From an uncultured Eubacteriales bacterium (GTDB taxonomy: Bacteria > Bacillota > Clostridia > Oscillospirales > Acutalibacteraceae), in contig CATONX010000002.1 in assembly GCA_951801675.1 (NCBI GenBank), forward strand, positions 129,038-193,037: DNA of 64,000 bases. The letters are read 5' to 3'. Shown here in pieces: positions 32,308-42,012 of the stretch. The notes beneath the pieces were generated by a model. It was not told where the DNA came from. It saw only the letters and a list, made by a program, of their open reading frames with translations, and searched no databases. Every line of letters begins with the position of its first letter. Position 1 is the stretch's first letter. A program made the translations under genes and the position numbers.

Positions 32308-32665
32308 TCCCTGTTTAAGAAGAGTAGAACACAAAAGGGGGAACAGCTCAGCCGCAAAAGGAAAAACGCATCACTTCCTATCGAGGCAAAAGCGAGCTTT
32401 TGTGTTTGGCAGATTGGCCGGGGAGGGATCAGCGTCTTTGCTGCAGAGGAAGTGGGAGGTTCTGTTTGAATGAGTGGCAAAAAGAAAGGCCGGGTTATCC
32501 GAATCCGCAGCCCCGAAAAGACCGGGCGGTACGGCGAACGAGCATTTTCAGCATCTGGCTGCTTGGGACAGGGAAAGCCTAAGTTATTTTTAAGGTTCGC
32601 CTGCTATACTGCGAAAAACGGCTGGGTAAGCCAAAAACGTAACCAGGGAAAGGAAAGTTTGTGTT

Positions 32666-34267
32666 ATGTATGTGGTAAAAAATGCGCTCAAATGCATCGG
32701 GCGCTCCAAGGGGAGAAACATCCTGATCGGCATCATTGTGCTGGTCATTTCCGTTTCCGCCTGTATCGGCCTGTCCATCCGGCAGGCGGCGGAAAGTGCA
32801 AAAGAGGAAAGCCTGAGCGGTATGAGCGTGACCGCCACCATTTCGGTGGACCGCCAGTCCATGATGCAGGGAATGCGGGAAGGCGGCGGTTTTGACCCGT
32901 CCAGCTTTCAGGCGGGCATGAGCAAGTTAAACGAGCTTTCTGTAGAGGAGATGCAGGTGTATGCGGGCGCCGAGTCCGTGAGCGGCTTTACCTATACACT
33001 CACCGCCACCCTCAACGGCAGCGACGATTTTGAAGCGGTTACCACCTCCACCCAAGAGGAAGACACCGGCACAGCCAACGGGATGCCCGGGGGACCCGGC
33101 CAGGAATTCGGCGGCATGGGAGGCGGAAAGATGGGCATAGGGCCCATGGGAACCCAGGGAGACTTCACCATCGTCGGGTACAGCGGCGAAGACGCGATGA
33201 CCGACTTTTTAAACGGCACCTGCTCCCTGACCGAAGGGACCATGTTTGAAGAAGGTACAAAAGCAGCCGACTGTATCATTTCCGACGAGCTTGCCATCTA
33301 TAACGATCTGGCGGTAGGGGATACCATTGTCGTCGAAAACCCCAATCTGGAAGGGGAGACTTATACCCTGACGGTGGTGGGTATTTACCAAAACAGCGCT
33401 TCTACCGCCGTCAGCGGAGGGTTTATGCGGGGCTTTTCCACCTCCAGCGACCCGGCTAACGCCATCTATATGAGTTATCCTGCCCTCAAGGACATGGTGG
33501 ACACGTCCGCCGCCAACGCCCAGACCCAGACGGACGAAACCACCGGGATGGAAAGCTCCACGGCCGTGCGCGCTTCGGCGGCGGGAACTTATTCGTTTGC
33601 GGACGTGGAAGCGTATGAGCGGTTTGAAGAAGAAGCGCGGGCTATGGGCCTGTCCGATTCCTATACCATCACGTCCTCCGACCTGACCGCTTTTGAGAAC
33701 AGCCTGGTTCCGCTGGAAAATCTGAGCACCATGGCTGGATATTTTCTTTTGGTGGTGCTGGCCATTGGAGCGGTCATTTTGATCGTGCTCAATATTTTCA
33801 ATGTCCGGGAGCGCAAGTATGAGGTGGGCGTCCTCACCGCCATCGGCATGAAGAAACAAAAAGTGGCTATGCAGTTCTTATGTGAAATCTTTGTGGTCAC
33901 CCTTGCAGCGGTGGTGGTCGGCGCGGGAATCGGTGCGGTAAGCGCAGTCCCGGTCACCAATTCCCTGCTGCAAAACCAGATTCAGTCTCAGGAGAGCACG
34001 AAAGAGCAGAGAGAAATGAACTTTGGCCGGGGCGGCGGCTTTGACATGGAAAACTTAGGGGCGACGCCATCCATGGACGGGATGGGCCTGCCTTCGGGTA
34101 CGGGGCAAATGCAAAATTATATCAGTGAAATTAGTTCCGCCATGAACTTCACCGTTCTCTTTCAGCTGCTGGCCATCGGTGTGCTGCTTACGCTACTGGC
34201 AAGCGTGGTGTCCATGATCTTCATCATGCGGTACGAACCGCTGAAAATACTTGCCAACCGCGATTAA
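32666..34267 (+). CDS. FtsX/MacB-type ABC transporter permease with a large extracytoplasmic domain
   Basis: 533 aa. An N-terminal TM segment, a ~330-aa external domain, and a C-terminal FtsX 3-TM bundle (FNVRERKYEVGVLTAIGMKK). Confidence 0.85.
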   Translation: MYVVKNALKCIGRSKGRNILIGIIVLVISVSACIGLSIRQAAESAKEESLSGMSVTATISVDRQSMMQGMREGGGFDPSSFQAGMSKLNELSVEEMQVYAGAESVSGFTYTLTATLNGSDDFEAVTTSTQEEDTGTANGMPGGPGQEFGGMGGGKMGIGPMGTQGDFTIVGYSGEDAMTDFLNGTCSLTEGTMFEEGTKAADCIISDELAIYNDLAVGDTIVVENPNLEGETYTLTVVGIYQNSASTAVSGGFMRGFSTSSDPANAIYMSYPALKDMVDTSAANAQTQTDETTGMESSTAVRASAAGTYSFADVEAYERFEEEARAMGLSDSYTITSSDLTAFENSLVPLENLSTMAGYFLLVVLAIGAVILIVLNIFNVRERKYEVGVLTAIGMKKQKVAMQFLCEIFVVTLAAVVVGAGIGAVSAVPVTNSLLQNQIQSQESTKEQREMNFGRGGGFDMENLGATPSMDGMGLPSGTGQMQNYISEISSAMNFTVLFQLLAIGVLLTLLASVVSMIFIMRYEPLKILANRD

Positions 34268-34281
34268 AGGAGGGAATTGCC

Positions 34282-34956
34282 GTGTCTATTTTAAAGCTGG
34301 AAAACGTCTGCTTCTCCTATGGAACGAAAACCGTCCTGGAAGGGGTTTCTTATGAATTCGAAAAGGGCAAGATGTACGCGGTGGTGGGAAAATCCGGAGC
34401 GGGAAAAACCACTCTTCTCTCGGTCCTGTCAGGCCTTGCGTCCCCAAACCGCGGGACCATCACTTATAACGGCGAGGACATTCGAAAGCTGGACAAATAC
34501 CGCTTTCGCAGCAAATACATCGGCGTGATCTTCCAGAGTTTTAACCTGCTGACGAAGTTTACCGCCCTTGAAAACGTGGAGCTCTCGATGGACATCGCGG
34601 GCGTCAAGGGCAGGACGAAGGACAAAAGGGAGCAGGCCATGGCCCTTCTCTCCAGCGTAGGGCTGGAGGAGGACGAGGCCAACCGCCGGATTCTGAAACT
34701 ATCCGGCGGCCAGCAGCAGCGGGTGGCCATCGCCCGGGCTTTGTCCTATAACCCGGACGTTATCTTAGCCGACGAGCCTACCGGGAACCTGGACGGGGAG
34801 ACCCAGAAGGAAATCATGGAGATTTTCCGGGAGCTGGCTGAACAGGGAAAGTGCGTCATTCTGGTCAGCCATTCGCCGGAGGTGGCGAGGGCCTGTGACG
34901 AAATCTACGAGTTAAAACGCACGAAAAACGAAAGGTCCAGAAAGGCTGCCGTATAG
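34282..34956 (+). CDS. ABC transporter ATP-binding protein
   Basis: Walker A GKSGAGKTT, signature LSGGQQQR, Walker B ILADEP. GTG start with GGAGGG upstream. Confidence 0.9.
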   Translation: MSILKLENVCFSYGTKTVLEGVSYEFEKGKMYAVVGKSGAGKTTLLSVLSGLASPNRGTITYNGEDIRKLDKYRFRSKYIGVIFQSFNLLTKFTALENVELSMDIAGVKGRTKDKREQAMALLSSVGLEEDEANRRILKLSGGQQQRVAIARALSYNPDVILADEPTGNLDGETQKEIMEIFRELAEQGKCVILVSHSPEVARACDEIYELKRTKNERSRKAAV

Positions 34957-34966
34957 CCGGCTCAGT

Positions 34967-35020
34967 GCAATAGAAAAGAAGCCCGCGTAAACGAATTTAC
35001 GCGGGCTTCTTTTCTATTGC
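34967..35020. terminator. Strong bidirectional terminator (25-bp perfect stem)
   Basis: GCAATAGAAAAGAAGCCCGCGTAAA-CGAA-TTTACGCGGGCTTCTTTTCTATTGC. The right arm contains the stop codon of the ybaK-like gene. Confidence 0.75.
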
Positions 35021-35490
35021 ATCAGCAGGTCCCCAAAAGAACCGCCGATCAGATCTTTTAGATCCGTTGGTTTTAGTTCCACCTGAAATCCGATCTTCCC
35101 GGCGCTGACCAAAAATCGGTCCAAGGGTTCGGCGGACCCGTCGATCACCGTGGGGTACTGCTTTTTCATGCCCACCGGGCTGCATCCGCCCCGGATATAG
35201 CCGGTGACCTTGTTGATGTCCTTGACGTGGATCATCTCCACCGCCTTTTCTCCCACCGCCTTGGCCGCCTTTTTCAAGTCCAGCTCTTCGGCCACCGGGA
35301 TGACAAACACAAAGTAGCCCCCTGACTTGCCCTTGGTCACCAAGGTTTTGTAAACAAGCTCCACCGGCCAGCCGATTTTACCAGCCACGGTCACCCCATC
35401 CACCGAGTCCCCCGGCGGATAGCTGTGCATCACGTAAGGCACCTTGTTTTTTTCCAAAATGCGCATGGCGTTGGTTTTGCATTCCGCCAT
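35014..35490 (-). CDS. ybaK: Cys-tRNA(Pro)/Cys-tRNA(Cys) deacylase (YbaK/EbsC family)
   Basis: 158 aa beginning MAECKTNAMRILEKNKVPY..., with GYIRGGCSPVGMKK; typical of the YbaK family. Confidence 0.85.
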   Translation of the reverse strand: MAECKTNAMRILEKNKVPYVMHSYPPGDSVDGVTVAGKIGWPVELVYKTLVTKGKSGGYFVFVIPVAEELDLKKAAKAVGEKAVEMIHVKDINKVTGYIRGGCSPVGMKKQYPTVIDGSAEPLDRFLVSAGKIGFQVELKPTDLKDLIGGSFGDLLMQ

Positions 35491-35514
35491 GAGTCTCCCG
35501 CCTTTCTTGTTTGC

Positions 35515-37437
35515 TTATGGAATCCGGCCGAACTGCTTTTCCAGCTGCTTTTTCGTCAGCCTTACCGCCACCGGCCGGCCGTGGGGACAATGACGCACGT
35601 CTTCTTCCAGCGTGCGCTTGGCAAGGTCGTACAGCTCTTGTGGATTCGAATGGTCCCCAGCCTTGACCGCCGCCCGGCAGGCCACCGAATGGTACACCCA
35701 TTCCAGCCGCTCCGGGGTTAAATCCTTGACGTTTTTGGTGAGCTTCCCGGCAATCTCCGCCACCAGGTCCCCCGCGTCCTGCCCGTCCATCTGCAGCGGG
35801 GCGGAGCGCACCAAAACCGCACCGGCGCCGAAATCCTCGGTTTCAAATCCCAGCGAAGAAAGGGTTTCTAAGTTTTCGAGCACCGCCGCGTAGCTTTCCC
35901 GGTCCAGCGTCACCGTCACCGGGGTGAGCAGCAGCTGCGGGGTCAGCTGCGCCTGGGACTTGATGCGTTCGTAAAGAAGGCGCTCGTGGGCGGCATGCTT
36001 GTCGATCAGGAGAAGCACGTCTGCGCACTCGAGCAGGATGTACGTGGAAAAGGCCTCCCCAATCAGGCGAACCTCCCGGGCAAAGGGCGCCCCGTCGTTC
36101 GGCGCGGGCTCCTTGCTGGGCGCCAAAGGCGGATTCACCGGCTGTTTCGGCGCGGGAGGTGCCTGGGGTTCCTTCGGCTCTTCTTCCACCACAATGTCCC
36201 ACCCCGGATTCCTCGGCGCCGCGGGCGGCGCGGGGGCTTTGGGGATGGACGGGATGGAAACGATAGGAGAGGGGGCATAGGAAATGTCCGCCGGCGCCTG
36301 AAAGGCCGCCCGGTCAACGCTGCGTTTGGGCGGGGGCGCTTTGGCTGGAGCAGGAGTGGAGGAAAGGGTCAATTGCTGGGCAGTCTCCGCTTTGGGGGTC
36401 CGTACCAGCTTTGAAACCTGACTCAAATCGATTTCCTGGGCGGGCGTTTCGGCTCCCAGCGCGTTTTTGCAGGCATGATAGACCGCGTCGAAAATCGGGC
36501 GCTCGTTGACAAAGCGGACCTCGATTTTCGCGGGATGGACGTTTACATCCACCAGCGCGAGATTGAGTTCAATGTTGAGCACGCAGGCGGGGAACTTTCC
36601 CACCATAACGCTTCCCTTGCAGGCTTCCTCTAAGGCCACCGCAGCCGTGCGGGTGCGCACATACCGGCCGTTGATGAAGAAACTCTGCATGCTGCGGTTG
36701 GGACGGGAGGCGGAGGGCTTGCTGATGTAACCGGACACCTTCACCCCGCCTAAGGCATAGTCTACCGGCAAAAGGCTCTGGGCGAACTGCCGCCCGAACA
36801 CCGCGTGGATAGCGGAGAGAAGCTTGCCGTCTCCCGGCGTCATCCGTTCCTGCTTGCCGTCCCGGATGAACTTCACCGACACCTCCGGGTGAGACAGGGC
36901 AATCCGGTCCACTGCCGATGCCACGGCGTTTGCTTCCGATACGTCCTTTTTGAGAAATTTCATACGTGCCGGAGTGTTATAAAACAAATCCCGCACTAAG
37001 ATGGTGGTACCTTTGGGGCAGCCCGCGTCTTCCAGCAGGGTTTCCTCCCCGCCGTCGATGCAGTAGCGGGTGCCGATGGGTTCCTCGGAAGGGCGGGTAA
37101 TCAGCTCCACATGGGCCACCGCCGCCACCGAGGCCAGCGCCTCCCCGCGAAAGCCTAAGGTGGAGATGGCATCCAGGTCGCTTTCCTTATATACCTTGCT
37201 GGTGGCGTGGCGCAGAAAGGCGGTGGGCACGTCCTCCCGGGCGATGCCGCAGCCGTTGTCGGTGACGCGGATGTAGCGCACGCCGCCGTTTTTGATTTCC
37301 ACCGTCACGGCGGTGGCGCCTGCGTCGATGCAGTTTTCCACCAGCTCCTTGACCACCGAGCAGGGCCGTTCCACCACCTCGCCCGCGGCAATGAGCTCAG
37401 CGACCTTTTTCTCCAGTAAATGAATGCGTTTAGCCAA
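35515..37437 (-). CDS. mutL: DNA mismatch repair protein MutL
   Basis: N-terminal GHKL ATPase motifs (AAGEVVERPCSVVKELVENCIDAGA, DNGCGI, GFRGEAL); a Pro-rich linker; a C-terminal dimerisation domain. Confidence 0.95.
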   Translation of the reverse strand: MAKRIHLLEKKVAELIAAGEVVERPCSVVKELVENCIDAGATAVTVEIKNGGVRYIRVTDNGCGIAREDVPTAFLRHATSKVYKESDLDAISTLGFRGEALASVAAVAHVELITRPSEEPIGTRYCIDGGEETLLEDAGCPKGTTILVRDLFYNTPARMKFLKKDVSEANAVASAVDRIALSHPEVSVKFIRDGKQERMTPGDGKLLSAIHAVFGRQFAQSLLPVDYALGGVKVSGYISKPSASRPNRSMQSFFINGRYVRTRTAAVALEEACKGSVMVGKFPACVLNIELNLALVDVNVHPAKIEVRFVNERPIFDAVYHACKNALGAETPAQEIDLSQVSKLVRTPKAETAQQLTLSSTPAPAKAPPPKRSVDRAAFQAPADISYAPSPIVSIPSIPKAPAPPAAPRNPGWDIVVEEEPKEPQAPPAPKQPVNPPLAPSKEPAPNDGAPFAREVRLIGEAFSTYILLECADVLLLIDKHAAHERLLYERIKSQAQLTPQLLLTPVTVTLDRESYAAVLENLETLSSLGFETEDFGAGAVLVRSAPLQMDGQDAGDLVAEIAGKLTKNVKDLTPERLEWVYHSVACRAAVKAGDHSNPQELYDLAKRTLEEDVRHCPHGRPVAVRLTKKQLEKQFGRIP

Positions 37438-37449
37438 TCGAGTACCTCC

Positions 37450-38586
37450 TTATGATCGCCGGGCCAGCCGGTCCATCCCGTCCAGAACCCCTTCCACGAA
37501 GGCGTCCACGTCCTCAATCGTGTTCTCCCGGCCAAAACTTACCCGCAGCGCGCCGTCCACCCGGTCGTCCGCGAGACATTGGGCCGAGAGGACCCGGCTG
37601 TGTTTCCCCTTCGAGCAGGCCGAACCGCTGGACACGGAAACGCCTCTGGCAGCCAAGTGATGCAGCATGGTTTCCGAACGGATGCCTTCCACCGACAGGT
37701 TGACAATATAGGGAACCGCGTCGGCAGGGGAATTGAAGGAAATGCCGGGGATGCTGCGAAGTTTTTCATACAGATGGTCTTTGAGCCGGGCGGTATGCTC
37801 CAAAAACGAGCCGCCGGGGCCCAGGGCCTCCACCGCCGCGCCGAACCCCGCAATCAGGGCGGACGCCTCGGTTCCCGGGCGAAGCCCCTGCTCCTGGGAG
37901 CCGCCGAAGGTGCGCGGCTCGATGCGCACGCCCTTGCGGATGTAAAGCGCGCCGGTTCCCTTGGGACCGTGGATTTTATGGGCCGAAACCGTTACCAGGT
38001 CCGCCCCCAGAGAGGCCGGCTTGCAGGGAAGCTTTCCAAAGGCCTGGACCGCGTCGCAGTGGAGCAGGGCGGGGGCTCCGGCCCGCTTAATGGCCTTGGC
38101 CGCCGTCTCCACCGGCAGGCGCACGCCGGTTTCGTTGTTGACGAGCATCATGCTCACAAGAATGGTGTCCGCCGTCATCGCGTCGAACACCGCCTGGGCG
38201 GGGATGTTCCCCGTTTCGTCCGGTTCTAGGAACACCACCTCAAACCCCTGCTTTTGCAGCTGCAAGGCCGGCTCGTAGACCGACGGGTGCTCGATGCGGG
38301 TGGTGACGATCCGGTTTCCAAGCCGCTTTCGTGCCGCCGCCGCGCCGAACAAAGCCAGGTTGTTCGCCTCCGTCCCTCCGGAGGTGAACAAGATCTCCCG
38401 CTGGTTGCACCCCAACACCTTGGCGAGTGCCTGCCGTGCTTTGTTAAGCTCCTGCTCGGCGGCGGCTCCCATGGCGTGGAGGGAAGAGGGGTTTGCATAG
38501 GTTTCACACAAAAGCCGACGCACCGCCTCGGCTGCCTGGGGGCAGACCTTTGTGGTGGCGCTGTTGTCCAGATAAATGTCCTTCAA
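37450..38586 (-). CDS. Cysteine desulfurase (NifS/IscS class V aminotransferase)
   Basis: Start (TTG) KDIYLDNSATT, with GGAGGGG upstream. PLP site SAHKIHGPKGTGAL and active-site SSGSACS. The ORF-track start is 86 codons too far upstream. Confidence 0.9.
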   Translation of the reverse strand: MKDIYLDNSATTKVCPQAAEAVRRLLCETYANPSSLHAMGAAAEQELNKARQALAKVLGCNQREILFTSGGTEANNLALFGAAAARKRLGNRIVTTRIEHPSVYEPALQLQKQGFEVVFLEPDETGNIPAQAVFDAMTADTILVSMMLVNNETGVRLPVETAAKAIKRAGAPALLHCDAVQAFGKLPCKPASLGADLVTVSAHKIHGPKGTGALYIRKGVRIEPRTFGGSQEQGLRPGTEASALIAGFGAAVEALGPGGSFLEHTARLKDHLYEKLRSIPGISFNSPADAVPYIVNLSVEGIRSETMLHHLAARGVSVSSGSACSKGKHSRVLSAQCLADDRVDGALRVSFGRENTIEDVDAFVEGVLDGMDRLARRS

Positions 38587-38826
38587 GCAAAACCCCTCCG
38601 AAATCCGTCGAATTTTACTTATTATACTCCAAATTCCCCGTTTTCGCAACGCAGGAAAGAGCCATGCAGGCGCATGAGCGCTTTCTTTGCGAATGGACGC
38701 AATTCGACACAAACCGCTTTGCCACGGTTGACGGGACGGGCGATTCATTATAGAATAAAACCATTGAGCGCTGCGCATCCTGCGGCCGCAGCGCAACCCG
38801 GACAAATCTGCCGCAAGGAGAAATGG

Positions 38827-40116
38827 ATGGAAACGATGGCGCAAATTAAGGCATTTCGCGGGCTGCGGTTCGACACCACCAAAGCGGGAGATATTGGATC
38901 CCTCACCTGCCCGCCCTATGACATCATCAGCGAGCAGCAGCGCAAGGACTATCTAAAGGCAAATCCCCACAATGTCATCCGCCTGGAGCTGCCCCGGGAG
39001 GGGGAGGACCCCTACCAGGAGGCTGGCCGGGTGCTGGGCGAATGGAAAGAAGAAGGGATCCTCAAGCGCGACGAGAAGGAGAGCCTCTATATCTATGAGG
39101 AGGAATTCACCGTCAAAGGCGTGACCCGCAAGGTCAAAGGGGTCATCTGCTTGGTCAAGCTCACCCCCTTCTCCGAGGGCGTGGTGCTGCCCCATGAATT
39201 CACCCTGAGCAAGGCCAAGACCGACCGGTACAACCTGATGAAGTCCACCTTCTGCAATTTCAGCCAGATTTATTCGTTATATATGGACGACGGGAATACC
39301 CGCATTCTTCTGGATTCCCAGTCGGCCGGTGCCCCCGCCCAGGAGTTTACCGATGAAAGCGGCGTAACCCACCGGCTGTGGCTGGTGACCGACCCGGCGG
39401 TTTTGGCGGTGCTCAGCCGCCAGTTTGCCGACCGCAAGCTTTACATCGCCGACGGCCATCACCGATACGAGACGGCCCTCAAGTTCCGGGACGATTGCCG
39501 GGAAAAGGGGCTGAGCAAGCCCGGGGACGGGACGGACTATGTGATGATGATGCTGGTGGACATGGCCCATCCGGGTCTTGTGGTGTTCCCCACCCACCGC
39601 CTGGTGCGGGACCTGCCCAACTTTGACCCGGCCGCGGCGCTTGAGAAATGCAAAGAATACTTCGAGGTTTCGCCCCGCCCGTCTTTGGACACCTTGGACG
39701 ACGAGCTCACTGCCCTCTACGACGCGGGCAAAAAAGCCTTCGGCTTTTACGACGGCGGGGAAGGCTGGACTCTGCTAACCTTAAAGGATACCTCGGTGAT
39801 GGACCAGCTGCTCCCCGATTTAAGCCCCGCTTCCCGCACGCTGGACGTGACGGTGCTGCACACCCTGGTTCTTGAGCGGCTTTTCGGCATTGACAAGGAA
39901 AACATGCAAAATCAGAAGAACCTGACCTATGTCAAGCTGGAGGAAGAGGCTGTTGACGCCGTGCGCAAGGGGGAGGCCCAGTGCGCCTTCCTGTTAAATC
40001 CCACTCGGGTAACCGAAATCCGCGACGTGGCGGCGGCCGGCGAGAAGATGCCGCAGAAATCCACCTATTTTTACCCCAAGCTCATTACCGGGCTGGTGAT
40101 GAACGAGCTGCGGTAA
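38827..40116 (+). CDS. DUF1015-family protein
   Basis: METMAQIKAFRGLRFD...PPYDII...ADGHHRYETAL is characteristic of DUF1015. AAGGAG lies 6 nt upstream of the ATG at 38827. Confidence 0.8.
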   Translation: METMAQIKAFRGLRFDTTKAGDIGSLTCPPYDIISEQQRKDYLKANPHNVIRLELPREGEDPYQEAGRVLGEWKEEGILKRDEKESLYIYEEEFTVKGVTRKVKGVICLVKLTPFSEGVVLPHEFTLSKAKTDRYNLMKSTFCNFSQIYSLYMDDGNTRILLDSQSAGAPAQEFTDESGVTHRLWLVTDPAVLAVLSRQFADRKLYIADGHHRYETALKFRDDCREKGLSKPGDGTDYVMMMLVDMAHPGLVVFPTHRLVRDLPNFDPAAALEKCKEYFEVSPRPSLDTLDDELTALYDAGKKAFGFYDGGEGWTLLTLKDTSVMDQLLPDLSPASRTLDVTVLHTLVLERLFGIDKENMQNQKNLTYVKLEEEAVDAVRKGEAQCAFLLNPTRVTEIRDVAAAGEKMPQKSTYFYPKLITGLVMNELR

Positions 40117-40165
40117 TCGAGAGCATGGATTTCCTGCCGTGCCCTCTTGGGCGGCAGAGAAATTG

Positions 40166-40203
40166 AAAAAAGGCGGCGCGAATGTTCGCGCCGCCTTTTT
40201 GTT
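40166..40203. terminator. Bidirectional rho-independent terminator
   Basis: GGCGGCGCGAA / TTCGCGCCGCC stem flanked by AAAAAA and TTTTT. Confidence 0.7.
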
Positions 40204-40329
40204 TGCCGTAAGGGGATGGTATGCCGCTGATTTTCCCCGCAAAGGGAGAAGAAATCGATGCGTCGGTTTTTGGACGAAAGCTGAACGCCATGTATTTGAC
40301 AGCGCAGGAGAAGCCGGTACTTCTTCTGC

Positions 40330-41031
40330 TTATCTGGCGGATTCGTCCCCATCCACTTCCTGCAAAAGCTGACGGGCGCAGTCGAAAAGCAAGCGGGTCA
40401 GCGCATAGGGAGAGAGGGCGTCCCGATCCGCCTCCCAATGGAGATAGCGCTCGATGACAGCGCGGTAAAGCCCGGAAAAGCATCCGGCCAGGTCCTCTTT
40501 GCGGGGGATATATTGGCCGGACTGCAAAAACCAGAGCTCCTGCAAGGCGAAGCATGCGGTCTTATACGCGAGCTTAAGGCCCTCGTAATTCCCGTCTCCG
40601 CCTTCGAACAGATACCGGTGGCCGGCCATGTGATAAAGCCCGGAAGCGGCGATGCGGATGCTCGCGCGGATGTCCGGTTCCCCAAAGGAAGGGGCGATGC
40701 CCTCCAATGATCCAGAGAGAGTCCGGCTGCCCATGGTGAACTGGAACATTTCGTGCGCGGGCCAGGCGGCTAACGCAGCCGCGTCTCCCACAAAGCCGCA
40801 GACTTTTTCCCCGTGGGGTATTTCTTGAAGAAGAGCCCGGTAATCGTCCAGGTCGGTAAGAGCCAGCTCGTCGAGAATCAGATGAATGTCAATATCGCTT
40901 TCCCCGGTGGCTTCCCCTCTGGCATAGCTGCCCGAAAGGCCAAGGTACAAAAGCCGCGGGCCGAACAGCGCTTGGCATTTCGATGTGAGAAGCCGGGTAA
41001 ATTCGTCAATTGGGACAAGGGTTGGCTGCAT
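40330..41031 (-). CDS. Nucleotidyltransferase-domain protein (aminoglycoside/MNT-like fold)
   Basis: Start MQPTLVP at 41031. Motif GLSGSYARGEATGESDIDIHL (GS...DxD) is typical of the pol-beta-like NTase superfamily. Confidence 0.65.
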   Translation of the reverse strand: MQPTLVPIDEFTRLLTSKCQALFGPRLLYLGLSGSYARGEATGESDIDIHLILDELALTDLDDYRALLQEIPHGEKVCGFVGDAAALAAWPAHEMFQFTMGSRTLSGSLEGIAPSFGEPDIRASIRIAASGLYHMAGHRYLFEGGDGNYEGLKLAYKTACFALQELWFLQSGQYIPRKEDLAGCFSGLYRAVIERYLHWEADRDALSPYALTRLLFDCARQLLQEVDGDESAR

Positions 41032-41269
41032 ACCTACATCGCTTCCTTTCCGGTTAAACATGCGAAGACTGCCGATGCTCCCTGCAAAAGCTGAGCGCAA
41101 AACCCGGTGTCGGGAGAACGCGGCTGGGGTGCAAGCGGCGGGAAAAAGCCGTCCCTCGTAACGAGAGGGAGCGGGGATGATCTTTCCCAGCCGTTGTGAT
41201 AACGTTTGTCTGGTTTGTTGGCAGGCCATAATAGCACAGCAAAGCCGCAAAGTCAAGGATGTTTTTTTC

Positions 41270-41313
41270 AATAAAAAAACAGAATCCCGGCTGAAAAAAG
41301 TGCCGGAATTCTG
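41270..41313 (-). terminator. Terminator of the MarR gene
   Basis: CAGAATTCCGGC / GCCGGGATTCTG stem on the minus strand, followed by TTTTTTT. Confidence 0.5.
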
Positions 41314-41351
41314 CTGAATACACGGAAGATGGCATGGCCGCAGAAGCGCAT

Positions 41352-41801
41352 CTAACTGAGGCTGGTCTGAAAATATGCGCCGATGTTTTTTGCCACCTTT
41401 TGGAGCAGCTCAAAAAATATTGCCCGCTCCACCTGCGTCATGCCGTCAGTAACCGCAAGCGCCCATTCTTCCCCGATCTTTTTCAGGGCAGGGTACAGCT
41501 CTCTCGCCTTCTTGGTGGGAGAAACGTCGGTAGAACGGTTGTCCCTATCGTTGGGCTGGCGGGAAACATATCCCTCCTGCTCAAGCTTAAAGAGCGTCTT
41601 GGCCACCGTACTTTTGTCCATATCCAGATAGGCGCAGAAGCAATGCTGCGCCACCTTTCCTTGTTCACAGGTGAGCAGGATGAAAGGCGCCTGACCGCTG
41701 GTCAGCCCCAAGGGCTTGACTCGTTCGTTTAAGTACATCTGGGTCTTGCGGTAAATCTGCGAAATCGGCTTCAATATGTCCGGCGTAGATGCCTCGTCCA
41801 T
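41352..41801 (-). CDS. MarR-family transcriptional regulator
   Basis: Winged HTH: LTSGQAPFILLTCEQGKVAQHCFCAYLDMDKSTVAKTLFKLEQEGYVSRQPNDRDNR. I chose the start MDEAS at 41801 because of its RBS. Confidence 0.8.
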   Translation of the reverse strand: MDEASTPDILKPISQIYRKTQMYLNERVKPLGLTSGQAPFILLTCEQGKVAQHCFCAYLDMDKSTVAKTLFKLEQEGYVSRQPNDRDNRSTDVSPTKKARELYPALKKIGEEWALAVTDGMTQVERAIFFELLQKVAKNIGAYFQTSLS

Positions 41802-42012
41802 TTCCAGTTCCCTTCTTTTTGCATTGGTTTGCATTGCAACCATAATCATAGGCAATTTTTTTCTTTCTGTCAAGGGAATTTCCCTTGACAATAAAAATAG
41901 AAAAGCGTAGAATGACGAAACGGTGTGTTTTACTGATATATTTCGACAGGTTTGGTCGTCCGTTTGGTTGCAAAGCAAACGGTTTTGACCGCGATGAATG
42001 ACGGAGGAGACA

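Larger units (their letters stand above)
20160..32310. mobile_element. Defective siphovirus-type prophage (immunity region + head-tail joining genes + tail module + fibres)
   Basis: Gene order: XRE repressor, scaffold-like, connector, minor-capsid-like, major tail, two chaperones, tape measure, distal tail, fibres. I recognise no integrase, terminase, portal, major capsid or lysis gene. Several genes look decayed. Confidence 0.65.

Noticed and set aside
20160-32310. Functional F-type tailocin (monocin/F-pyocin-like) interpretation of the tail cluster
   Set aside because: It retains scaffold and head-tail joining genes, lacks any holin or endolysin, and shows several frameshifted or truncated genes. 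A decayed prophage is the more economical reading, and it is kept as an alternative in the findings.
32112-32318. 68-aa ORF after the truncated fibre gene, considered as an independent gene
   Set aside because: It has no RBS and runs into the terminator. It is better explained as a frame-shifted fragment of the decayed second tail-fibre gene.
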